Below, in pieces: positions 52,443 through 60,760 of a stretch of DNA of 64,000 nucleotides. Made by a program: the position numbers and the translations under genes. Within the stretch, counting starts at the first letter, position 1; the number at the start of each line of letters is the position of its first letter. The stretch spans positions 11,756 to 75,755 of the forward strand of contig QBZX01000006.1 in the NCBI GenBank assembly GCA_003282175.1, read 5' to 3'. The notes under the pieces are model-generated. The model ran no database searches and was not told the origin of the DNA. It saw nothing but the letters and a program-made list of their open reading frames with translations. Source of the DNA: Pelagibacteraceae bacterium AG-337-G06. GTDB lineage: Bacteria > Pseudomonadota > Alphaproteobacteria > Pelagibacterales > AG-422-B15.

Positions 52443-52717
52443 AAGCTATTAACAACCTGAGTAATCAGTGTGGATATATATTATATGTTTACTGTTTTTA
52501 AACATTTACAATATTTTGGCCTTTTTATCCTATATTTTCTTGCTTTTCATCCACCTGTGGATAATGCCTCAACCATTGTTCTACCTTGTGGGTAATATCA
52601 CAAATGCTCTAAATATCCCTGTTAAAGACATGTATTGATTTGTGGGCAAGTAAGCGGTTTTTATATATACACATCATCACAGGTACATAAACTAATACTA
52701 CCTTATATATATATTAT
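52443..52717. other. Probable chromosomal replication origin (oriC)
   Basis: This 275-bp spacer between divergent maf and hemE is the longest non-coding stretch in the window. DnaA-box matches: TGTGGATAA 52556-52564 (9/9), TGTGGATAT 52469-52477 (8/9), TGTGGGTAA 52587-52595 (8/9), TCATCCACC 52547-52555 (7/9), TGTGGGCAA 52641-52649 (7/9), ATATACACA 52665-52673 (7/9). AT-rich tracts lie at about 52474-52520 and 52700-52717. Confidence 0.75.
52547..52564. promoter_or_regulatory. Head-to-head DnaA-box pair (imperfect box abutting a perfect box)
   Basis: TCATCCACC|TGTGGATAA. The core forms the palindrome ATCCAC-CT-GTGGAT. Confidence 0.7.
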
Positions 52718-53701
52718 ATGAGTATTCTTATAGAAACACTAAAAGGCAAGAAAACAAAAACTCCCATTTGGTTAATGAGGCAAGCGGGGAGGCATTTACC
52801 TGAATATATTAAAATAAGACAAAAATATAAAGACCTCATGGAAATGTTCCTTGATCCTGAGGTAATAACAGAGATTTCTCTTCAACCGGTTAAAAGATAC
52901 GGATTAGATGCCTGTATAGTGTTTTCTGATATATTAATGATCCCCTATGCGTCTGGATGTGATGTTGGCTTTAAAGAGGGAATGGGGCCTCAAGTTAAAT
53001 TCAATGAGAAATTCAAATTTGAATCGCACAAACTAGATCCAGTTACAAAGGGTATAGAAAACATAAAAACAATATCAAAAATTCCTCTGATAGGCTTTGT
53101 AGGCGGGCCTTGGACAACTTTATCATATTGTTTGTTTGATAAAGAGGAAAGATCACAGATGAACAAAGACCTCATTTATAAAAATGAAAAAAGAATAGAC
53201 AATTACATCGATGATCTAACTGACATAATTTCTAATTACGCAATGCAACAAGTAAACGCCGGCATAGATGCGTTTCAAATATTTGAATCTGCTGCTGGTG
53301 ATCTTGACGATTACCTTTTTGAAAAATGGGTTGTAAATCCAACTCTGAAAATATTAAAAGAAATCAAAAGTAAATCCGATATACCAATAATTGGATTTCC
53401 TAGAAACGCTAGCACAAGCGGCTATAGAAATTACTCATTTATTAACCAACTCGATTGTATTTGTTTAGATTATAATTTTAATCTACAACAACTAGACTTA
53501 TTAAATCCAAATATTTCATATCAAGGAAATCTACATCCAAAACTTCTCTTAAATGGAGGCGATGAAATGGATAAAGAGCTAGAAGAAATTTTACTTGCCT
53601 TTCGAGATTATCCACATATTTTTAATCTAGGTCATGGTGTTCTTCCTGAGACGCCAATAAAAAATGTGGAGAGACTTGTACAAAAGGTAAGAAATAACTA
53701 A
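52718..53701 (+). CDS. hemE: Uroporphyrinogen decarboxylase
   Basis: PIWLMRQAGRHLPEY motif. 327 aa. Confidence 0.95.
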   Translation: MSILIETLKGKKTKTPIWLMRQAGRHLPEYIKIRQKYKDLMEMFLDPEVITEISLQPVKRYGLDACIVFSDILMIPYASGCDVGFKEGMGPQVKFNEKFKFESHKLDPVTKGIENIKTISKIPLIGFVGGPWTTLSYCLFDKEERSQMNKDLIYKNEKRIDNYIDDLTDIISNYAMQQVNAGIDAFQIFESAAGDLDDYLFEKWVVNPTLKILKEIKSKSDIPIIGFPRNASTSGYRNYSFINQLDCICLDYNFNLQQLDLLNPNISYQGNLHPKLLLNGGDEMDKELEEILLAFRDYPHIFNLGHGVLPETPIKNVERLVQKVRNN

Positions 53702-53710
53702 AAGAAAAAA

Positions 53711-54715
53711 ATGAAATTTATTGGTACACAAGACTATGAACATGGAAGACGAAAAAAAATTGGAGTTCTTATTTGTAACTTGGGGACACCAGAAAGTTAT
53801 AAAACTCGCGACGTAAGAATTTTTTTAAAAGAATTTTTATCCGATGGCAGAGTCATTGAAATTCCAAAGTTTATTTGGTGGTTCATTTTAAATGGAATAA
53901 TCCTTACTTTTCGTCCAGCAAAATCAGCAAAGCTTTACAAGTCAGTATGGACAGACAAGGGATCACCACTTCTTGTTTACTCCGAGAGAATATTAGAAAA
54001 GCTAAAAAGAACTGTTTCAGAAAATATAGAAATTGAACTAGCAATGCGCTACGGGAAGCCCAATATGGAAAAAGCACTTCTTTCACTTAAGGATAAGAAT
54101 TGTCAAAGTCTTATAGTTCTCCCCTTGTTTCCTCAGTATTCAGGAACAACAACGGGTAGTGTTTTTGACGAGGTAACCCGAGCTCTTTCCAAGTGGAGAT
54201 GGGTTCCTGCCCTTAATTTCATAAACAGCTACCACGATCATGACAGTTACATATCTGGCTTGGTCGCAACAATAAAAAATAAAATCTCTAATCACATGCC
54301 ACAAAAAATAATCTTTACGTACCACGGTATACCTAAGAGAAATTTTACATTAGGCGATCCCTATCAATGCTTTTGTCAAAAAACTACTCGCCTGGTTGCC
54401 GAAAAATTAAATTTGAAAGAAGAAGAATACATTACAACTTTTCAATCCCGTTTTGGACCAGCAGAGTGGCTGAAGCCTTACACAAGTGAGACTATGGAAC
54501 GACTTCCTTCTGAAGGCATAAAGGACATCATGGTAATTGCTCCTGCCTTTAGTGTTGATTGCCTAGAAACAATTGAAGAAATTGACGAGGAAAATAAAGA
54601 AATATTTTTAAAAGCAGGTGGTAATAAATTTCATTATATACCATGTCTAAATGACTCAGATGAGCAAATTAATTTTATTAATACACTGCTGAGCGAACAT
54701 ATTTCAGTTATGTAA
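53711..54715 (+). CDS. hemH: Ferrochelatase
   Basis: IGVLICNLGTPES, PLFPQYSGTTTGS and FSVDCLETIEEID motifs. Confidence 0.95.
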   Translation: MKFIGTQDYEHGRRKKIGVLICNLGTPESYKTRDVRIFLKEFLSDGRVIEIPKFIWWFILNGIILTFRPAKSAKLYKSVWTDKGSPLLVYSERILEKLKRTVSENIEIELAMRYGKPNMEKALLSLKDKNCQSLIVLPLFPQYSGTTTGSVFDEVTRALSKWRWVPALNFINSYHDHDSYISGLVATIKNKISNHMPQKIIFTYHGIPKRNFTLGDPYQCFCQKTTRLVAEKLNLKEEEYITTFQSRFGPAEWLKPYTSETMERLPSEGIKDIMVIAPAFSVDCLETIEEIDEENKEIFLKAGGNKFHYIPCLNDSDEQINFINTLLSEHISVM

Positions 54716-54721
54716 AATACC

Positions 54722-55246
54722 ATGGAAAAGTGCTTAGTTATATATTCAACAACAGACGGTCATACAAAAAAAATTTGTGACCACATTGCCAGCATCCTAA
54801 ATGATTCATCTCATACTAAACTCATAAGTTTAAATCAGGCATTTGATGAAAATCTCATGATGTTTGATATGATAGTTATAGGCGCGAGCATTAGATACGG
54901 AAAACATAAAAAGGAACTATACAAATTCATAAAAAAAAATATTTCAGTACTCGAAGCTAAAAAGAACGCCTTCTTCAGCGTGAACGCTGTAGCAAGAAAT
55001 TCAGAGAAGGATTCACCATTGACAAACCCCTACACAAAAAAATTTTTAGAGCTTTCTCAATGGAACCCAAAGGAAATATCTGTGTTTGCTGGAAAAATCG
55101 ATTATCCAAGATACGGTTTTTTTGACAAGCATATAATCCGTTTTATTATGTGGCTTACTTCAGGCCCTACCGACTTGTCTAACACATATGACTTTACAAA
55201 TTGGAAAAAAGTAGAGCAATTTGCTAAAAAGGTATCAGAAATTTGA
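54722..55246 (+). CDS. hemG: Flavodoxin-like, quinone-dependent protoporphyrinogen IX dehydrogenase (HemG type)
   Basis: 174 aa with LVIYSTTDGHTKKI, VIGASIRYGKH and IDYPRYGFFDK. These align with my recollection of E. coli HemG (LILFSTRDGQT, VIGASIRYGHY, LRYPRYRWYDR). Confidence 0.85.
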   Translation: MEKCLVIYSTTDGHTKKICDHIASILNDSSHTKLISLNQAFDENLMMFDMIVIGASIRYGKHKKELYKFIKKNISVLEAKKNAFFSVNAVARNSEKDSPLTNPYTKKFLELSQWNPKEISVFAGKIDYPRYGFFDKHIIRFIMWLTSGPTDLSNTYDFTNWKKVEQFAKKVSEI

Positions 55247-55343
55247 TAGTTAGAATTTAAATATTGTTATACTTTATTTAATAATTTCAATTATTTAAGT
55301 TAATTGTACCAACATATCTCTCTTATTTAACAGATTTATTCCT

Positions 55344-55352
55344 TGCTATAAT
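55344..55352 (+). promoter_or_regulatory. Extended -10 promoter element (TGCTATAAT) upstream of rho
   Basis: Exact TGnTATAAT, 71 nt upstream of the rho ATG. No good -35 element at 17 nt. Confidence 0.4.
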
Positions 55353-55423
55353 AAAAAATTAAAGTTAATAAACGATCTCTTTTGCACTTTCCAAAAAAAA
55401 ACTTATCCAAAATTTAAAACAGT

Positions 55424-56683
55424 ATGAGCTTAAAATTAAGAGAACTTAAGAAAAAAACTCCACAAGAACTATTAAAATACGCTGAAGAAACAGGTGTTGA
55501 AAACGCAAGTTCTATGCGTACACAAGATATGTTGTTTGAGATATTAAGGTCTCTTGCATCAAATAAGAAGGACATAGACGGAGAAGGTGTACTTGAAGTT
55601 TTACAAGACGGCTTTGGTTTCCTCAGATCAATGGAGGCAAATTATTTGCCAGGTCCAGATGATATTTATGTTAGTCCCAGCCAGATTAAAAGGTTCGGAT
55701 TAAGATCGGGAGATACAGTTGAAGGGCCTATCAGAGCCCCTAAGGAAGGTGAACGATATTTTGCGTTATTAAAAATTGACACAATCAATTATGAAGCAAC
55801 TGAAAAAAGTAGAAATAAAATTAACTTTGACAACTTAACACCTCTATATCCCGATGAACAAATTAAACTTGAAACAGAAAAGCCCGACAAAGATCAAAGC
55901 GCACGAGTTATTGATTTGGTTTCACCAATCGGTAAAGGCCAAAGAGCTCTTATAGTTTCACCTCCAAGAACAGGTAAAACAGTACTACTACAAAACATTG
56001 CACACTCTATTACAGACAATCATCCTGAGTGTTACTTGATGGTATTGTTAATTGATGAACGACCTGAGGAAGTGACAGACATGCAACGTTCTGTGAAGGG
56101 CGAGGTAGTTAGCTCAACATTTGATGAGCCGGCATCACGTCACGTACAAGTTGCTGAAATGGTTATTAACAAAGCGAAAAGATTAGTAGAGCATAAAAAA
56201 GATGTTGTGATCTTGCTCGATTCTATCACAAGACTAGGCCGCGCATACAACACGGTTGTTCCAAGTTCAGGAAAAGTTTTAACAGGTGGTGTTGATGCCA
56301 ATGCACTTCAAAGACCAAAGAGATTTTTCGGAGCCGCAAGAAACATTGAAGATGGTGGATCATTAACGATTATTTCTACAGCGTTGATTGACACAGGAAG
56401 TAGAATGGATGAAGTTATTTTTGAGGAATTTAAAGGAACAGGTAACTCAGAAATTATATTGGATAGAAAGGTCGCTGATAAGAGAATCTATCCAGCGATT
56501 GATATAACCAAGTCTGGTACTCGAAAAGAGGAGATCCTTCTTGATAATGACGAACTACAAAAAATGTATGTTCTGAGACGTATTCTTAACCCAATGGGAA
56601 CCATGGACTCCATTGAATTCTTACTTGGAAAACTGAAAGAAACTAAAGATAACGCCGATTTCTTTCAATCAATGAATAAGTAA
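55424..56683 (+). CDS. rho: Transcription termination factor Rho
   Basis: Motifs DGFGFLR and [16 protein letters not shown], Walker [18 protein letters not shown], and C-terminal GTRKEE. Confidence 0.98.
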   Translation: MSLKLRELKKKTPQELLKYAEETGVENASSMRTQDMLFEILRSLASNKKDIDGEGVLEVLQDGFGFLRSMEANYLPGPDDIYVSPSQIKRFGLRSGDTVEGPIRAPKEGERYFALLKIDTINYEATEKSRNKINFDNLTPLYPDEQIKLETEKPDKDQSARVIDLVSPIGKGQRALIVSPPRTGKTVLLQNIAHSITDNHPECYLMVLLIDERPEEVTDMQRSVKGEVVSSTFDEPASRHVQVAEMVINKAKRLVEHKKDVVILLDSITRLGRAYNTVVPSSGKVLTGGVDANALQRPKRFFGAARNIEDGGSLTIISTALIDTGSRMDEVIFEEFKGTGNSEIILDRKVADKRIYPAIDITKSGTRKEEILLDNDELQKMYVLRRILNPMGTMDSIEFLLGKLKETKDNADFFQSMNK

Positions 56684-56692
56684 TCGTTCCAA

Positions 56693-56720
56693 CAATTACC
56701 CTTCAGCCTCTAAAATTGAA
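56693..56720. repeat. Left copy of a perfect 28-bp direct repeat (relic copy of the apt 3' end)
   Basis: CAATTACCCTTCAGCCTCTAAAATTGAA, identical to 57821-57848. It contains the stop codon and last codons of the deiminase ORF, in a different frame from apt. Confidence 0.95.
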
Positions 56721-57813
56721 AAGCTGGTTGATCATTTGTATGACAATGTATTCCACCTCCAGCTGCCCAAGAGCTTAACATTTCAACTAGATACACATCA
56801 CGATTTGGAAAATATTTCTCTATACGAGATTTCGCTGGGATGTCTGTATCTGGATTTCCAAAACCAGGCACAATTACAAATCCATTTCCTACTAACCAAT
56901 TCATGTAATTGGTGTCAAATGTTTGTCCGCTGTACTGAACATAGCCTTCGATAGGTTCTCTTATTACATTAAACCCCGATTTCTCAATTATTTCAGCTGC
57001 CTTGTCATAAATCTCAGCGTCCTTACTATCTGGCTGACACAATGACCGGGTTGTACACTGAACAACAACTGCAGTTCTTTGATCAATAAATCGAGCTATA
57101 CCATCAATGTGCCCTTTGGTGAGATCTCCATTTGGAATACCTTCAATAAAAATGACTTTTGATACGCCGAAGTATTTTTTTAGATCAAGTTGCGCCTGCT
57201 GTTTATTGTAGTTTAAGTTTCTGCTGGGGTCACCAATGGTGCTCCAATTTAATATAACTGTATCTAATCCATTAAATTCTAAATTACCTCGTTCGTGTAC
57301 TATGTCTATATGATCAACAGGTAAATCTAAAATCTCACCAATCTTATTTGGGACTTCATTATCTAAATTAAAAGAGACATCTGAACCAAAAGCACCACCC
57401 CATGCATCAAAATTCCAATTTTGAATTCTTAGTTCATTATCATTAAAAACATAAACAGGTCCATTGTCTCTCATCCAAGCATTATCATTGGGTACGTTGT
57501 GCCAATGAATATTGTTTTGCAGTGGGTCTGAATCTATATCTAAAATTGATTTTTGTGCTTCTGCATAAATCTGATCTGAATGATAGAGAATATGTAATTT
57601 TTCGTATCGTGAAATGATGTCAGCCATCTGCGCAAAAGTTGGTTCATAACTTTTTTCCCAAAAACCAGGCCATTGCATCCAGATTGCCTCTTGTGGTTCC
57701 CATTCAGCTGGAACACGCGTAGCCCCATGTGTTGTTTCTTCAGCAGCTTGAATACCAATGTTCATCATAAAAAATATCAATGTGAGGAAGAGAGTCCAAA
57801 TTTTATTTTTCAA
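56710..57813 (-). CDS. Agmatine deiminase / Porphyromonas-type peptidyl-arginine deiminase family protein with N-terminal signal peptide
   Basis: 367 aa with WMRDNGPVYVF and a C-terminal GGGIHCHTNDQP (catalytic Cys context). TTG start at 57813-57811. The N-terminus MKNKIWTLFLTLIFFMMNIGIQA-AEE looks like a Sec signal peptide. Confidence 0.85.
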   Translation of the reverse strand: MKNKIWTLFLTLIFFMMNIGIQAAEETTHGATRVPAEWEPQEAIWMQWPGFWEKSYEPTFAQMADIISRYEKLHILYHSDQIYAEAQKSILDIDSDPLQNNIHWHNVPNDNAWMRDNGPVYVFNDNELRIQNWNFDAWGGAFGSDVSFNLDNEVPNKIGEILDLPVDHIDIVHERGNLEFNGLDTVILNWSTIGDPSRNLNYNKQQAQLDLKKYFGVSKVIFIEGIPNGDLTKGHIDGIARFIDQRTAVVVQCTTRSLCQPDSKDAEIYDKAAEIIEKSGFNVIREPIEGYVQYSGQTFDTNYMNWLVGNGFVIVPGFGNPDTDIPAKSRIEKYFPNRDVYLVEMLSSWAAGGGIHCHTNDQPAFQF

Positions 57814-57820
57814 TTTTACC

Positions 57821-57848
57821 CAATTACCCTTCAGCCTCTAAAATTGAA
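57821..57848. repeat. Right copy of the 28-bp direct repeat (functional 3' end of apt)
   Basis: Identical to 56693-56720. It encodes the apt C-terminus SILEAEG plus the stop. Confidence 0.95.
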
Positions 57849-58363
57849 GACAGTTTAAATTTCTTTGCTAATTTTTGTGAACCACCAACATTTTTAAGAT
57901 CAATTATAAAATAAAATTCAATATTTTTTACCTTACACTTTGAAATAAGTTTTGCTGAAGCTACAGCGGTACCGCCGGTTGCAATTAAGTCGTCAATTAT
58001 TAGAACTCTATCTCGTGAAGTGATGGCATTACTATGAATTTGAATTTCATCATTGCCGTACTCAAGCGAATATTTTTGTTTTAGAACTTTTCCAGGCAGT
58101 TTCCCCTTTTTTCTTATTGGAACGAAAGGAAGACCTAGTTTAAAAGCAACAGCAGCACCAAAGATGAAGCCTCTGGCCTCAACACCTGCAATTTTAGTAA
58201 ATTTTTTCTTTCTGGCATACGTTGATATTTCGTTAACAACTTCAGTAAACAATTTTTTGTTATCGGTAATTGAAGTAATGTCTTGAAAAAGTATTCCTTT
58301 CTTTGGAAAGTCAGGAATTACTCGAATATTTTTTTTTAATTTATTTACGAGTTTTTTGTTCAA
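57824..58363 (-). CDS. apt: Adenine phosphoribosyltransferase
   Basis: IPDFPKKGILFQDIT and VLIIDDLIATGGT (PRPP-binding) motifs. Confidence 0.95.
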   Translation of the reverse strand: MNKKLVNKLKKNIRVIPDFPKKGILFQDITSITDNKKLFTEVVNEISTYARKKKFTKIAGVEARGFIFGAAVAFKLGLPFVPIRKKGKLPGKVLKQKYSLEYGNDEIQIHSNAITSRDRVLIIDDLIATGGTAVASAKLISKCKVKNIEFYFIIDLKNVGGSQKLAKKFKLSSILEAEG

Positions 58364-58796
58364 CGTTTAATAATTTCTTTTTCGTTTTGATACCACCGAC
58401 TGATGTGAACCCTGTGAGCTTACCATCTTTGGATACAACTCGGTGGCATGGAACTGACATCATTAAGTTATTTCGTCCTAGTGCTCCACCAACTGCTCGC
58501 GGAGATGTTCTTAACTTTTTTGCTATCTGACCATAGCTTGTGGTACGACCATAAGGAACACGTCTTAAATGGTTCCAAACTCGATTTTGAAAACGAGTTC
58601 CCATCTGTCTTGTAGGAAAGGATAATGATCTACGCTTGCGTGCTAGATAGGCATTAATTTGAAAAGCTGCTCTTAGTAAGAGCTTATCTTTAGTGCTGGT
58701 TATGCCTTTTCGAGTTCGGCTTATACCAGTAATTTTATTGTTACCAGAGATAACCTCTATATTGCCAATCAATGATTTGAAAACATAAGAACTCAT
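58341..58796 (-). CDS. ogt: Methylated-DNA--protein-cysteine methyltransferase
   Basis: VPYGRTTSYGQIA and the active-site VPCHRVV. The 3' end overlaps the apt start by 23 nt. Confidence 0.88.
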   Translation of the reverse strand: MSSYVFKSLIGNIEVISGNNKITGISRTRKGITSTKDKLLLRAAFQINAYLARKRRSLSFPTRQMGTRFQNRVWNHLRRVPYGRTTSYGQIAKKLRTSPRAVGGALGRNNLMMSVPCHRVVSKDGKLTGFTSVGGIKTKKKLLNVEQKTRK

Positions 58797-58817
58797 GTAT
58801 ACATTAAGATATATTAT

Positions 58818-59375
58818 ATGGATGCATTAGAAAATATTATTTCAAGAAATTCGCCAAGAGTACTCTCAGAGCCTCTTCCATCAGATGAACAGATGCAACT
58901 TGTATACAAAGCAGCCTTACGAGCACCAGACCATGCTTGGTTGAGGCCATCGAGGTTTATTGAGGTTACAGGTGACGGAATTAGAAAATTGTCTGAAATA
59001 TTCTCTCAATTTGCTAATGATCATATTGCAGGAGGTGATCAGCAAAAAGTTGAAAAGTATAAAAACGCACCTTTCCGTGCACCAATGATAATAATCTTAA
59101 TATCTCATATAAAAGAACATCCAAAGGTGCCTGAGATAGAACAAATTATGTCAACAGCAGCTGCAGCACAAAATATTCTATTGGCTCTCAGTGCTCTTAA
59201 ATTTGGAGGAATGTGGAGAACGGGTGCTGTAGCCCTCAATGAAAAAATCTCCTCTTACTTAGGACTTCGAGAAAATGAGAAAGTCCTTGGTTATTTGTAC
59301 GTCGGTACACCAGAAGGATCTGTAAAAAGGATACCTGAATTAGAATTAAGTGACTTTGTGACTAAATGGGATTAA
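58818..59375 (+). CDS. NAD(P)H nitroreductase family protein (YdjA-like)
   Basis: 185 aa with ALRAPDHAWLRPSRFIEV and a nitroreductase fold. Confidence 0.8.
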   Translation: MDALENIISRNSPRVLSEPLPSDEQMQLVYKAALRAPDHAWLRPSRFIEVTGDGIRKLSEIFSQFANDHIAGGDQQKVEKYKNAPFRAPMIIILISHIKEHPKVPEIEQIMSTAAAAQNILLALSALKFGGMWRTGAVALNEKISSYLGLRENEKVLGYLYVGTPEGSVKRIPELELSDFVTKWD

Positions 59376-59409
59376 TCGTTTAGATTAAACGGCAATCACA
59401 TAGTTTATT

Positions 59410-60711
59410 ATGACAATATTTGCACTATCAACAGCAAGCGGAGTTGCAGGTCTGGCTGTAGTTCGTGTATCTGGTCACCTAGCACTGACTGCACTTAAAA
59501 CAATCTCTCGCAAGAGTCACTTTGATCCCAATGTATTAACAAGGACAAGTTTTTATGATTCCGAAAATGGAAACTTAATCGACCGTGGATTAGCTGTTTA
59601 CTTCGCTAAGCCAAAAAGTTTCACAGGAGAGGACGTGGTTGAATTTCATATTCATGGTGGAAGAGCAACAGTTGATCTCCTCTTAAAAACTTTATCAGGA
59701 ATTAATCAGCTGCGACTTGCGGAACCTGGAGAGTTTTCAAAAAGAGCATTTATAAATAATAAGATGGATCTTACAGCCATTGAAGCAATGGGAGATTTAA
59801 TCAACGCTCAAACAGAACTGCAACACAATCAGGCTTTAAGTCAGATGGACGGCTCATTGAATAAGTTATACCTGTCTTGGAGAAAATCTCTGATTGAACT
59901 GGTCGCGTACCTTGAAGCTGATATTGATTTTGCAGAAGAGGATATTCCCGATGATGTTTTAAAAAATATAAATGAAAAAATTGAAAAACTTTTAGTTGAG
60001 ATGAATGAGCATATCAATCAACGCAATCAAGGAGAGATTCTAAGGGACGGATACCGTGTAGCAATCGTGGGCACGCCGAATGTAGGAAAATCAAGTCTCA
60101 TAAATTTATTAGCCAACCGCGATGTTGCGATTGTATCTGATAGAGAAGGGACTACGAGAGATGCACTTGAAGTAAGGCTAAATATTGCTGGATTTCCTGT
60201 AGTTTTTACAGATACAGCAGGACTGAGACAGACAAGTGATGAGATTGAAAAAAAGGGAATCGAAATCACACAAAAGAAAATTGATGAAGCAAATCTGGTT
60301 ATTGAATTATTTGACGATCCAACCAAATTAAATTTTCACGATGAGCGCCTAACTATTTTAAACAAATGTGATCTCCATAATCAGGAAAACAAGAAATATG
60401 ATAGGGCCATTAATATCTCAGTTACAACAGGGGACGGTATTGATCATTTAATCAAACAAATTTCGGATAAGGTATCGAATAATTTTGGAAGCTATTCAGA
60501 TACTATTCCAACTAAAACAAGGTACATCTTAGGAGTTCAAAATTCTATTCAGAGTTTAATGAATGCAAAAACAATTGATTTGAAAAATAATTCAGAGCTC
60601 ATGGTCGAAGAGTTGAGATTAGCAATTCAGGAAATTGGAAAAATAACAGGTCACGTTGATGTAGAAGAGTATCTTGAAGTCATTTTCAAAGATTTTTGCA
60701 TCGGCAAATAA
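59410..60711 (+). CDS. mnmE: tRNA modification GTPase MnmE (TrmE)
   Basis: TIFALST N-terminus, G-domain motifs GTPNVGKSSL and DTAGLR, and the C-terminal FCIGK. Confidence 0.96.
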   Translation: MTIFALSTASGVAGLAVVRVSGHLALTALKTISRKSHFDPNVLTRTSFYDSENGNLIDRGLAVYFAKPKSFTGEDVVEFHIHGGRATVDLLLKTLSGINQLRLAEPGEFSKRAFINNKMDLTAIEAMGDLINAQTELQHNQALSQMDGSLNKLYLSWRKSLIELVAYLEADIDFAEEDIPDDVLKNINEKIEKLLVEMNEHINQRNQGEILRDGYRVAIVGTPNVGKSSLINLLANRDVAIVSDREGTTRDALEVRLNIAGFPVVFTDTAGLRQTSDEIEKKGIEITQKKIDEANLVIELFDDPTKLNFHDERLTILNKCDLHNQENKKYDRAINISVTTGDGIDHLIKQISDKVSNNFGSYSDTIPTKTRYILGVQNSIQSLMNAKTIDLKNNSELMVEELRLAIQEIGKITGHVDVEEYLEVIFKDFCIGK

Positions 60712-60760
60712 CAAAAATTATTTATTGCAATTAAGCTGAGTTAATTTATTTAATTTAGTC

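Noticed and set aside
52485-52595. A 36-codon ORF (MFTVFKHLQYFGLFILYFLAFHPPVDNASTIVLPCG) inside the oriC spacer.
   Set aside because: No RBS is visible, it spans the DnaA boxes, and it is short enough to arise by chance in AT-rich DNA. The region is better explained as the origin.
52443-52717. I searched the putative origin for Caulobacter-style CtrA boxes (TTAA-N7-TTAA) and CcrM GANTC sites.
   Set aside because: I found none by eye, so I make no claim of CtrA or CcrM control.
55403-55411. A DnaA-box-like TTATCCAAA in the rho leader, considered as a possible second origin element.
   Set aside because: It is a single 8/9 match with no cluster of boxes. One such match is expected by chance and is not enough for any claim.
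58809-58820. The 12-mer ATATATTATATG occurs both at the nitroreductase start and at the hemE start (52709-52720).
   Set aside because: Many A/T-only 12-mer coincidences are expected in 64 kb of AT-rich DNA. This is not comparable to the 28-bp repeat flanking the deiminase.
59376-59409. A small hairpin, CGTTTA-GAT-TAAACG, after the nitroreductase gene, and an AT-only hairpin, AATTAA-GCTGAG-TTAATT, after mnmE (about 60730-60747).
   Set aside because: The stems are short and weak, with no following U-tract. They are not convincing as terminators.
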